Source: Candidatus Velthaea sp.
GTDB lineage: Bacteria; Vulcanimicrobiota; Vulcanimicrobiia; Vulcanimicrobiales; Vulcanimicrobiaceae
Direction of reading: 5' to 3'
Length of the DNA stretch: 64,000 bases
Assembly: GCA_965214935.1 (NCBI GenBank)
Contig: CBDCCS010000022.1
Coordinates: forward strand, 128,001-192,000
Position 1 is the first letter of the stretch, and every line of letters begins with the position of its first letter. Position numbers and translations under genes: made by a program. Under the pieces are notes generated by a model. It ran no database searches. It was not told where the DNA came from and saw only the letters and a program-made list of their open reading frames with translations. This document shows positions 50,689-59,175 of this stretch, piece by piece.

Positions 50689-52077
50689 GTGAAAAAGAGG
50701 TATGCCTCAATGATTGAGCCTCGGAAATTGTTCCATTCGGCATGCGCTGCAACAATGTTCGTTATTTTCGCATTCAGCGGATCGATCGCGATGCCGGCTC
50801 GGCCGATCCGACCGGCCGGCGAGTCGCTCGGACCCCGGATTGTATCCCCGAGCGTACTGCAAGGGCGGCGCTTCCCCGTCATACACTCGTCTCAATCAAC
50901 GGGTTTTGTCATTCGCGATCTCGGGTTGCCGGCCGTGCCTTGTCCACCGGTCATCCTGCCGAACGGGCTGCATGCACTCGTACGTTGCAACGGTGGCGGG
51001 AGCGCTGCGCCCGGAACGTTTCTGCCGACCCCGACGGCGATCGACCGGTATGGCAATGTCGCCGTGCTCGTGTGTCCGGGAGCGAGTTGCTTTAGTTCTC
51101 CCCTCACGTATCCCAGTTACAGCGCCTACGTTTATGACTATCGCTCTCGTGCGCTGATCGCACTAGCAACGTTTGCGCCGGCGAGCGGTAAAGGCCCGTC
51201 GCCGCTACCGCAAACGGCAAGCACGGGCGTCGATCGGTTCGTTCCCAACGCAATGAACGATCGCGGACAGATCGTCGGCTCGGTAACGCATGTCATCGGC
51301 TCGGCGATCACGACGACACGACCGGTCATTTGGATTCGCCGGGATCCATTGTATTCAACGGTCGCCTATCTCGATGCAAAACCGGACGAACAAGGCACGG
51401 CGTACGGTGTCAACAATCTCGGCGTGAGCGTCGGTTCAAGCCGGCTGCGTGGATCGAATGCAGATGTTGCCGTCAGTTTTGCCGGTGCCGAAGCGATCCC
51501 GCTCGCGCCGAATGGCATTTATAACGCAACCGAGGCTTTTGCAATCAATGACGCCGGCGTCGTTGCCGGCGACGAAGTCGGTTTCGCCGGCACGTATTAC
51601 GGCGGCGTCTTCACGCCGATACCGACGCAAGATCAGTGCCCGCCGCCGTTCGATCAATGCGATGAAAATTCTGCGCTTGCCGTTAACGCCTCGAACGACG
51701 TTCTCGGCAACTATGTAAGCAATTACTTCGATATGGCATCGCAGAGCTTCGTCGGCTTTCTCTATCTTAAAAATTCGGTGTTTGAGACGCTGCAGCCGGC
51801 TTGCTTTGACGGAAGCTGTCCCCCGCCGTTCGATCAGCTCACGAACGAATACGTGTTGGCGCTCAACAATCTCGATGATTTTGTCGGCTATTTCGATGGC
51901 CAGCCGTGGGTGTCGTTCTCTCCGACCGGCGATGCAAACGGCTTGTTGCCGCCCAATAGCGGCTGGATCATCAAGACCGCAACGGCGATCAACGATCGGC
52001 GTCAAATCGTCGGACAGGGTTACCACGCCGGCTTCGGCCAAACCTTACGCGCATATCTGCTCGAACCGCAGCAATGA
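50689..52077 (+). CDS. secreted protein with HAF-type extracellular repeats
   Basis: Repeats NAMNDRGQIVG, AYGVNNLGVSVG, AFAINDAGVVAG, ALAVNASNDVLG, ATAINDRRQIVGQG; ends AYLLEP. Confidence 0.75.
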   Translation: MKKRYASMIEPRKLFHSACAATMFVIFAFSGSIAMPARPIRPAGESLGPRIVSPSVLQGRRFPVIHSSQSTGFVIRDLGLPAVPCPPVILPNGLHALVRCNGGGSAAPGTFLPTPTAIDRYGNVAVLVCPGASCFSSPLTYPSYSAYVYDYRSRALIALATFAPASGKGPSPLPQTASTGVDRFVPNAMNDRGQIVGSVTHVIGSAITTTRPVIWIRRDPLYSTVAYLDAKPDEQGTAYGVNNLGVSVGSSRLRGSNADVAVSFAGAEAIPLAPNGIYNATEAFAINDAGVVAGDEVGFAGTYYGGVFTPIPTQDQCPPPFDQCDENSALAVNASNDVLGNYVSNYFDMASQSFVGFLYLKNSVFETLQPACFDGSCPPPFDQLTNEYVLALNNLDDFVGYFDGQPWVSFSPTGDANGLLPPNSGWIIKTATAINDRRQIVGQGYHAGFGQTLRAYLLEPQQ

Positions 52078-52127
52078 TAAAGCACGCGCAAGGTGCAGGC
52101 GGCCCGAAGACGCGACGGGCTTACGAA

Positions 52128-54065
52128 TTAGTAGCGTGGTGTCCGAAATAAGTCGTCGAGTGCAGCTAAATCGGTGATGCGCGTCGCCGGCGGCAACGCG
52201 TCGACGATCGTTGCACCGTAACTCATGCCGATAGCACGTCCGTCCAACAGCGCGAGCAAACCGCGGTCGTTCTTCGAGCGGATCAAGCGCCCGAAACCTT
52301 GCTTAAGACGCACGATTGCACTCGGAATCATGTACGAAGCGAAACCCGGTTTCCCGCGTGCCTCGAGCGCGGCTAAGCGTGCGGCGACCAGCGGTTCGGA
52401 CGGCGACGGAAATGGCAGCCGATCGATGATGACGCACGACAACTGATCGCCGACGACATCGATCCCTTCCCAAAACGTTGCCGTCGCGAACAGCACGGCA
52501 CCAGGAGTCGAACGGAACCAGGCCAACAGCGCGCTTCGCGGCAAGTCGCCTTGCACTTTCGCTGGAAAAACAAGCCGTTCGGCAAGCAGGGCGTGCACTT
52601 CGCGCAGGCGCGCATACGAGGTGAACAGCACAAATGCCCGGCCGCCGGTGCGATCGAGACACTCTTCGATGATCGGCGCTGCGCGACGGGCAAAATCGCG
52701 CGATTTCGGATTGAGTTCCGGCCCGGCAATGAACAGCCGCGCTTGAGCCGGATAATCGAATGGTGACGGCGCGATCAGCTCTTGGGCATCATCGACGCCT
52801 AAGGTGTCTTTGAGAAAAGCAAACGACGTGCCTTCGGCGATCGTTGCGCTCGTCAAGACGACGCTGCGCGTCCGGGCGAACAGTGCAGCGCGCAGAAACG
52901 ATGCGACCTCGAAGGGTGCGGCGTTAATTTCATAGCGCGCATCGCCGTCGCTGCGTTCGACCCACGCTACCGCATCAATTTCATCGCTGCTTACGCTGCC
53001 GCTCGTCGCCTCGTCCGCCGCACGTTCGATACGTTCGACCGTTGCCGTGTGCGCGGTAATCGCGCGTAGCGCAAGATCGCGCCGGCGTTCGACTTCTGCT
53101 TCGTTCGTCGTCGGGTGCAGCAGCGCGATCTGCCAATTGGCATGCACGAAATTTTCGAGCCGGTACAACGCTTCGCGCACGGCTTCCAGAACGCTTGCGA
53201 TCGCATCGTTTGCGCCGACGGGATAGCGTTCGCCCGGAACGCGCGCCAACGTCGATTGAAGACGGCGCATCGATTCATCGATCTCCGCGTCATATCCGGC
53301 CGGCAGCCGGTAATGACGGTGCAGGCGGCGCATCATGCGTCCGACACCGGCGGCCGAAAGTGTCGCCGTCAAGGCGCTCGTGGCATAGCGTTCGCATTGA
53401 TGCGCCTCGTCGAGAACGACATAATCGTATTGCGGCAGCAGCCCGCCGCCCATCGCCAGGTCGAGAAAAAATAGCGCATGATTGACGACGACGATATCGG
53501 CAAAGCGCGCGGCATCACGCCGTTTAAAGAAATAGCACTCCGCAAAGCGCGAACAATATTCGCCGATGCAATCGTCGGCGTCGGCATCAAGGGCTTCCCA
53601 GTCATCGGAACGCACGGGAAAATCAAGTTCGGCCCGATCGCCCGTCTCCGTGCGGTCCGCCCAGCGCCATAACTTTTCCATGCCGATGCTCGGTGCAACA
53701 AGTCGCTCAGCGCTCATCTGCTCGAACTTTGCGCGGCATAGATAATGGCTGCGACCTTTGAGCAACACGACGCGCGCATCGACGCCTAACGCATCGACGA
53801 CAAGCGGAATGTCTTTGCGCACCAGTTGTTCCTGTAATGCGATCGTCCCGGTCGATATTACGACGCGCTTGCCGCTGCGCAAAGCCGGAACGAGGTACGC
53901 CAGCGACTTGCCGACGCCCGTGCCCGCTTCGACGATCGTGTGAACGTTTTCAAGAAACCCGCGTTCGATCAGCTTCGCCATCTGCACTTGACCCGGACGG
54001 CCTTCAAACCCGCCGAGCGCCCCGGCGATCGGGCCGCCGGCAGCAAACGTTTCATCGATTTTCAT
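52128..54065 (-). CDS. ATP-dependent DNA helicase, DinG/YoaA family
   Basis: RPGQ, EAGTGVGKS, KGRSHYLC, Fe-S Cys, DEAH, TSAT, LFTSY, FWEGIDV, QGFGRLIR motifs. Confidence 0.95.
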   Translation of the reverse strand: MKIDETFAAGGPIAGALGGFEGRPGQVQMAKLIERGFLENVHTIVEAGTGVGKSLAYLVPALRSGKRVVISTGTIALQEQLVRKDIPLVVDALGVDARVVLLKGRSHYLCRAKFEQMSAERLVAPSIGMEKLWRWADRTETGDRAELDFPVRSDDWEALDADADDCIGEYCSRFAECYFFKRRDAARFADIVVVNHALFFLDLAMGGGLLPQYDYVVLDEAHQCERYATSALTATLSAAGVGRMMRRLHRHYRLPAGYDAEIDESMRRLQSTLARVPGERYPVGANDAIASVLEAVREALYRLENFVHANWQIALLHPTTNEAEVERRRDLALRAITAHTATVERIERAADEATSGSVSSDEIDAVAWVERSDGDARYEINAAPFEVASFLRAALFARTRSVVLTSATIAEGTSFAFLKDTLGVDDAQELIAPSPFDYPAQARLFIAGPELNPKSRDFARRAAPIIEECLDRTGGRAFVLFTSYARLREVHALLAERLVFPAKVQGDLPRSALLAWFRSTPGAVLFATATFWEGIDVVGDQLSCVIIDRLPFPSPSEPLVAARLAALEARGKPGFASYMIPSAIVRLKQGFGRLIRSKNDRGLLALLDGRAIGMSYGATIVDALPPATRITDLAALDDLFRTPRY

Positions 54066-54100
54066 TGCTTCGGCTTAGCTGCGTTGCATCGCGCAATGCT

Positions 54101-54784
54101 TCAATCGTGCGGGTCGTGCAGCGGCGCAATCGGCCGCGGCGGCGCTTCGTCGGTTGCGGCGATGAACTCCGGCGCTTCGTAAACCCCGCTTCCGTCCGGC
54201 GCGGCGACCGGTACCGCATTTTGCGCCGCCACGAGATGACGCGGCAGCCGAAACAGCGCGAAGCCGAAAATCAACCCGGCGAGCAACCCGCCGATGTGCG
54301 CGGCATTTGAGACGAACCGGAAGACGGTAAACCCGAGAATGAGATTGAGGATGATGATTCCGGCGGATTGCTGGACTAAATCGCGGCCCGTTTTGCCAAG
54401 CCGCAGTCCGCCGGCCGTCAGCGCCCCGAACAGCCCGAAGATTGCGCCGCTCGCACCGACCGTCGGTGCGTCATAGCTGAACCACAACACGGCGATACCG
54501 GAGCCGATAATTGCAATTGCGTAAATAATCGCCATCCGCGTGCGGCCATAGAGCAATTCGACAAACGTGCCGACTTGATAGAGCGCGAACATGTTCGTTG
54601 CGATGTGCAGCCAGCCGGCGTGCAGAAATGCCGAGCTGCCGATTCGCCACCATTGACCCGCCGAAACGAACGGACCGTACAAGCCCCCGTCCCGAACGAG
54701 CACCCGCGCATCGGAAGTATCGCCGGTCGTGAGTTGCCACAGAAAAACCAGCACGTTGACGGCGATGAGCGCGCGCGTTAGCAT
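54101..54784 (-). CDS. rhomboid intramembrane serine protease
   Basis: QWWR, FLHAGWLHIATN, VGASGAIFG, AHIGG motifs. Confidence 0.93.
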   Translation of the reverse strand: MLTRALIAVNVLVFLWQLTTGDTSDARVLVRDGGLYGPFVSAGQWWRIGSSAFLHAGWLHIATNMFALYQVGTFVELLYGRTRMAIIYAIAIIGSGIAVLWFSYDAPTVGASGAIFGLFGALTAGGLRLGKTGRDLVQQSAGIIILNLILGFTVFRFVSNAAHIGGLLAGLIFGFALFRLPRHLVAAQNAVPVAAPDGSGVYEAPEFIAATDEAPPRPIAPLHDPHD

Positions 54785-54788
54785 CGGT

Positions 54789-55481
54789 TTACGCGCTGAG
54801 CAGCGTCGCGGTCGCTCCGGGTTCGACGGTGATGAGGCGCGCGAGTTCGAGCGAGATCGCATGCCGGCCGCGAGCATTGACGACCGTTACGGGGCCACCG
54901 AGCGGTCCACGTTCGACCACATCGATTTCGGCGCCCGGACGCATACCGATCGAATCCAAATACCGCAACATCTCGGGCACGTCTTCGATGACGTCGATGA
55001 TCCGCGCGGCCGAGCCGACGCATAAGCCCGACAGCTTGACGCCCGGGCGTTGCGGTTCGCTTAAGTCGGCGGGCGGGATCGGATGACCGTGCGGACAGAC
55101 TTGCGGGTTTCCTAAGACGGCAACGAGCCGCTCTTCGACGGCAGCCGAGATCGCATGTTCGAGCCGGCACGCTTCATCGTGCACTTGGTCCCACGGCATG
55201 CCGAGCAAATCGGTCAGCAGCAATTCCGCTAGCCGGTGGCGGCGCATTACGCGCACGCCGACTGCCAGGCCGCGCTCGGTCAGCTTTGCTTCGCCGCGCG
55301 CGCGATATTCGAGATATCCGCCCTCAGCAAGTTTCTTGAGCATCCCGGAGACCGACGCCGGTGCAACACCGAGTTCGGCTGCAAGGCCGGATGTCGTCAC
55401 CCCGGGGCCTTCCCGCTCGAGCCGGTAGACGGCTTCGAGATACTCCTCGAGCGACTCGTCGAAATGGGTGTGCCCCGCCAT
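54789..55481 (-). CDS. DtxR/MntR-family metal-dependent regulator with FeoA-like C-terminal domain
   Basis: EEYLEAVY, SVSGMLKKL, RRHRLAE, HDEACRLEH, CPHGHPIP motifs. Confidence 0.93.
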   Translation of the reverse strand: MAGHTHFDESLEEYLEAVYRLEREGPGVTTSGLAAELGVAPASVSGMLKKLAEGGYLEYRARGEAKLTERGLAVGVRVMRRHRLAELLLTDLLGMPWDQVHDEACRLEHAISAAVEERLVAVLGNPQVCPHGHPIPPADLSEPQRPGVKLSGLCVGSAARIIDVIEDVPEMLRYLDSIGMRPGAEIDVVERGPLGGPVTVVNARGRHAISLELARLITVEPGATATLLSA

Positions 55482-55486
55482 GCGCT

Positions 55487-56512
55487 CTAGCGTTCGACAA
55501 CCTCGGCGGAGTTCCGCGACCGGGCCAGCTCGGCATGCAGCTCCGCTTTGCGCCGGTCCGCTGCAAACGAAGCGTCGATCGCATTTGCGGCAAAGCGGTA
55601 GACGGCGTCCGCGCCGAGCGTTTCCTGGACTTCGGCGTACTCATCGACAAGCGTCGTTCCGAAGAGTGCCGGGTCGTCGGCATCGATCATCACGAGCACG
55701 CCCGCGGCGTCGAGGCGACCCATTGGATGCGGCAAGTGAGCCGGCGCCGCACCCGTAAGCCGGTTCGAGGTCGGGCAAATTTCAAGCGCGATACGACGCT
55801 CGGCCAGCAAGGCAACGACGCTGCGATCTTCAATCGAGCGGACGCCGTGGCCGATTCGCTCGGCGCCCAGCGTCAACACCGCGGCGCGAACGCTGTCGGC
55901 GCCGGCAGCTTCACCGGCATGTGCGACCGTTCGCAAATCACGGCTGCGAGCGAACTCGAAAGCTTCCGCGAACAATTCGGCCGGCCATTTCGCTTCGTCA
56001 CCGCCAAGACCGATGCCGATGACGCCGTAGGGCTTCATCTGCACCGCAATCTCCGCCGTTTCTAGTGCGCGCTGGGCGCCGAAATTCCGCGTCAAATCGC
56101 AAATGAACGCAACCTCGATACCGAGTGTCCGCTGCGCTGAATCAAACGCCGCACGCATGGCCGCAAACGTCGCTTCGACATCGATACCATGATGAAACCA
56201 CGTCCAGACCGACGGCGAAACGAAGATCTCAGCGTAGCGAACGTTCTGCGCTGCTGCATCGGCAGCATAGTCAGCCGCGAGCACGGCAAACTCGCCCGGC
56301 GTCCGCAGCACCGAACACACGTCGCGAAACAAGAGCAAAAACTCGCCGAACGTCGCAAATCGGTACGTTTGATCGAGTGCCGCTTGACCCCGTGCGCCGA
56401 TATCGACGCCGTAGCGCGCGGCAAGCGCCCGAAAGCGTTCCGGCCTCAGCGTCCCCTCGAGGTGGCAGTGCAGTTGCACCTTGGGGATGCCGACCAGACT
56501 TTCAAATGTCAT
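55487..56512 (-). CDS. add: adenosine deaminase
   Basis: PKVQLHCHLEG, YAEI, GLGGDE, AHAGE, RIGHG, EICPTSN, DADDP motifs. Confidence 0.92.
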   Translation of the reverse strand: MTFESLVGIPKVQLHCHLEGTLRPERFRALAARYGVDIGARGQAALDQTYRFATFGEFLLLFRDVCSVLRTPGEFAVLAADYAADAAAQNVRYAEIFVSPSVWTWFHHGIDVEATFAAMRAAFDSAQRTLGIEVAFICDLTRNFGAQRALETAEIAVQMKPYGVIGIGLGGDEAKWPAELFAEAFEFARSRDLRTVAHAGEAAGADSVRAAVLTLGAERIGHGVRSIEDRSVVALLAERRIALEICPTSNRLTGAAPAHLPHPMGRLDAAGVLVMIDADDPALFGTTLVDEYAEVQETLGADAVYRFAANAIDASFAADRRKAELHAELARSRNSAEVVER

Positions 56513-56541
56513 TGACAATCGTTTCGCGGACGTCGTATACT
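56512..56541 (+). promoter_or_regulatory. sigma70 promoter of tRNA-fMet
   Basis: TTGACA (56512-17), 18 bp spacer, TATACT (56536-41), 12 nt before the tRNA. Confidence 0.8.
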
Positions 56542-56553
56542 TGCCATCGTTGC

Positions 56554-56630
<77 letters not shown>

Positions 56631-56633
56631 AGT

Positions 56634-56673
56634 ACAGGTTCAGAAAGAGTTCACTTTCTGAACCTGTTTTTTT
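56634..56673 (+). terminator. rho-independent terminator
   Basis: 14-bp perfect stem ACAGGTTCAGAAAG/CTTTCTGAACCTGT followed by a T-run. Confidence 0.85.
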
Positions 56674-56788
56674 AGACGCTGACTTTTTGGTCCAACCAAA
56701 TCGGCGCGCAAAAGAGCGCGTTTGCTTCATTGTCGAAAAACGCTCGCTGTGGGCACCGTCCGCGACTTCGAGCCGGTCAATGGATAAC

Positions 56789-57328
56789 ATGAAACGCAGC
56801 GATCCGACTGTCATCAAGACGTCGCGTTTAGAATTGAAGCCGCCGTGTCCCGACGACGCTGCTGCGCTCTTCCGGAACTACACGACCGATGCCGACGTTA
56901 CCAGGTATCTCGTTTGGGCGGCACACAAGAACATCGACGAAACGCGAATCTTTATTGCGACTCGTGTCGCGGGATGGGAGACGGGTCATGCATATGCCTG
57001 GACAATCTCCCTCGACGTTCACCCCGAACCCATCGGGATGATTGAACTTCGACCGGGCGACGGAACGATCGGCTACGTTCTCGGTCGACGATGGTGGAAT
57101 CGCGGTATCATGTCCGAGGCGCTCGGGGCGGTGGTCGATTTTGCCCGCGACATGCTGGATTTGTCCGTGTTGCGCGCTTGTTGCGACGCCGAAAATAGGG
57201 GCTCGGCGCGCGTGTTGGAAAAGGCCGGGTTTACCCTTGAGCGCACCGGGGAATCGCCCATGGCTCACTCGGGCTTCGCGAAGCAGATACGCCCCGCGCT
57301 TTTTTACGTCTCCCTGCAGCCTCGTTGA
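56789..57328 (+). CDS. GNAT N-acetyltransferase (RimJ/RimL-like)
   Basis: IKTSRLEL, IGYVLGRRWWNRGIMSEA, NRGSARVLEKAGF motifs. Confidence 0.9.
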   Translation: MKRSDPTVIKTSRLELKPPCPDDAAALFRNYTTDADVTRYLVWAAHKNIDETRIFIATRVAGWETGHAYAWTISLDVHPEPIGMIELRPGDGTIGYVLGRRWWNRGIMSEALGAVVDFARDMLDLSVLRACCDAENRGSARVLEKAGFTLERTGESPMAHSGFAKQIRPALFYVSLQPR

Positions 57329-57390
57329 CTTTCTCGTCCAAGCTTGTCCACGGCAAGGCCGTCTGACCAAGATCGCTTTTTGAACCTGGA

Positions 57391-57406
57391 TCCCCGCAAC
57401 CAAGTA
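57391..57406 (+). repeat. att-like direct repeat of the tRNA-fMet 3' end
   Basis: TCCCCGCAACCAAGTA identical at 56619-56634 and 57391-57406. Confidence 0.75.
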
Positions 57407-57931
57407 GCCTGCTTTACGGGCCTGTCCGTCTCGCGTCGCGTTAGGCAGTGTGCGGCTCCGGTCATTTTTTCGCCGATCCGGCTTCATACAGACTGTCAGG
57501 TACCGTCTCCTGACAGACGGAGTTCTGTCCCGGGCGTTCGTCCATGCTCGCGAATTGCGCCGCCGTAGCTTCACAATCGCAACGTGCGCCTGCCGATTTG
57601 CAAACTTCACCGTCGGACGAATGTAATTCGCCGACCCGCCGGCCAAACAACATCGCACCTGCTCTCGAATGACATCGAACCGGCTGATGTCGTACACGTC
57701 CAACGTATCGCAGCGTGCGACTGCACGACGGCTGCTTCAAATCTCCATAAGCGCTATCTCGATTGCGGCCGGCCACGACGATAGGCAAACCGACGTGAAT
57801 CTGTATAAGGCGTGACTTTCGCGAGCCTGCTCAAGGTCGGATGGCCCGCTTCAACCTCAGGCGCTTAGCGTACGATGCTGCGTAATCCGGACCCGCGTGT
57901 CGGGTTCCGGTCATCATCGAGGAGCGGACCG

Positions 57932-59101
57932 GTGCGGTCGATACGCGAGATCCGATCACTTACCGGTTTACGCGGCGTCGCTGCGATGTACGCCGTCTTC
58001 TATCACTATTTCCCTGTTGAAACGACGACGAACGTTGTTAAACGCGCGCTCAGTCACGGCTATCTTGCCGTCGATCTCTTTTTCGTACTGAGCGGCTTCG
58101 TCATGGCCCTGAACTATCAGCATCTCTTTACTGCCGGATCGCCGCGAACCGCGTATCTGACCTTCCTCGGTCGCCGCATTGCGCGCATCTATCCGCTTTA
58201 TATCGTCACGGCGCTCATCGCATTCGGGCTCGTCATCTTTCGCGCGTTGCCGTATCCGAGCGGACCGCTCAGCATCCCCTTACTGGCCAATGTCTTGATG
58301 GTGCAAGCGTGGGGGATTGCTTCGAGTTTCGACTCGCCGGCGTGGTCGATCAGCGCGGAGTGGGCGGCATACGTCGTCTTTCCGCTCGTTCTGATTCCGG
58401 CGATGTTTCGCGGTACGCGCATTGCCTGGCTGTGCGCCGGCGTGTGCATCGCGACGCTCGCGACGTTGTGTGCGCTGCCGCCGGCGTTGCTGCCGGACTA
58501 TCTCGTTCGTAACCCGCTCAATATGAACGGTTACTGGCTCGGCTTGCCGGTGCTGCGCTGCATCCCCGAATTCACTTTGGGAATTCTCGCTTTCCGGCTT
58601 GCCGGAACGTCTGCGGGTAAGCGCCTAAGCACGAGCAAGTGGATCGGCCCCGGCTTGTGCGGCGCCTTCGTCCTGCTCGTTGCGGTGCCGGCCAAAGCCG
58701 ATCTCGCCGTCGTGCTGCTCCTGCCGTTACTGGTCGTGAGCCTTGCTTCCGACACGCATATCGCAAGCCGCTTATTGGCTTCGCCGGTTGCCGAGCGCAT
58801 CGGCAAGCTGTCATTCAGCATTTACCTGACGCATAAGCTGTTATTCGGTCTGCTCAACTGGCTGTACGTGCGCGGCTATGCGACGGGCTTACCGCACGCC
58901 CGCGGCATTGCCGGACTCATTTGCCTTGCGCTCACGGCGGTTCTTGCCTCGGCGGCCTACCGGTTCATCGAAGTACCGGGCCGTTCATTGTTGCGTGATT
59001 GGTGCAATCGTGCTCTCAACGGCGGACCGTCCCGGCCGAAATCAGCGGCCCTTGGAGTCGACCGTTCTTACGAACGACCGTACGCGGTAAACGACCTTTG
59101 A
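57932..59101 (+). CDS. acyltransferase family 3 (OafA-like) membrane protein
   Basis: LTGLRGVAA..VFYH, GYLAVDLFFVLSGFV, RRIARIYP, WSISAEW, SFSIYLTH, IEVP motifs. Confidence 0.92.
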   Translation: MRSIREIRSLTGLRGVAAMYAVFYHYFPVETTTNVVKRALSHGYLAVDLFFVLSGFVMALNYQHLFTAGSPRTAYLTFLGRRIARIYPLYIVTALIAFGLVIFRALPYPSGPLSIPLLANVLMVQAWGIASSFDSPAWSISAEWAAYVVFPLVLIPAMFRGTRIAWLCAGVCIATLATLCALPPALLPDYLVRNPLNMNGYWLGLPVLRCIPEFTLGILAFRLAGTSAGKRLSTSKWIGPGLCGAFVLLVAVPAKADLAVVLLLPLLVVSLASDTHIASRLLASPVAERIGKLSFSIYLTHKLLFGLLNWLYVRGYATGLPHARGIAGLICLALTAVLASAAYRFIEVPGRSLLRDWCNRALNGGPSRPKSAALGVDRSYERPYAVNDL

Positions 59102-59175
59102 AATAAGGCGAAAGCCCCAGGAAACGTCATCGAAGGGCTCCATTGTCGTCTGGCGGCTTGTGGGAGCCTTAGGAC

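Noticed and set aside
56828..57703. 291-aa minus-strand ORF as a possible integrase for the islet
   Set aside because: No R-H-R-Y tyrosine recombinase or serine recombinase motifs; antisense to the GNAT gene and crosses the att-like repeat
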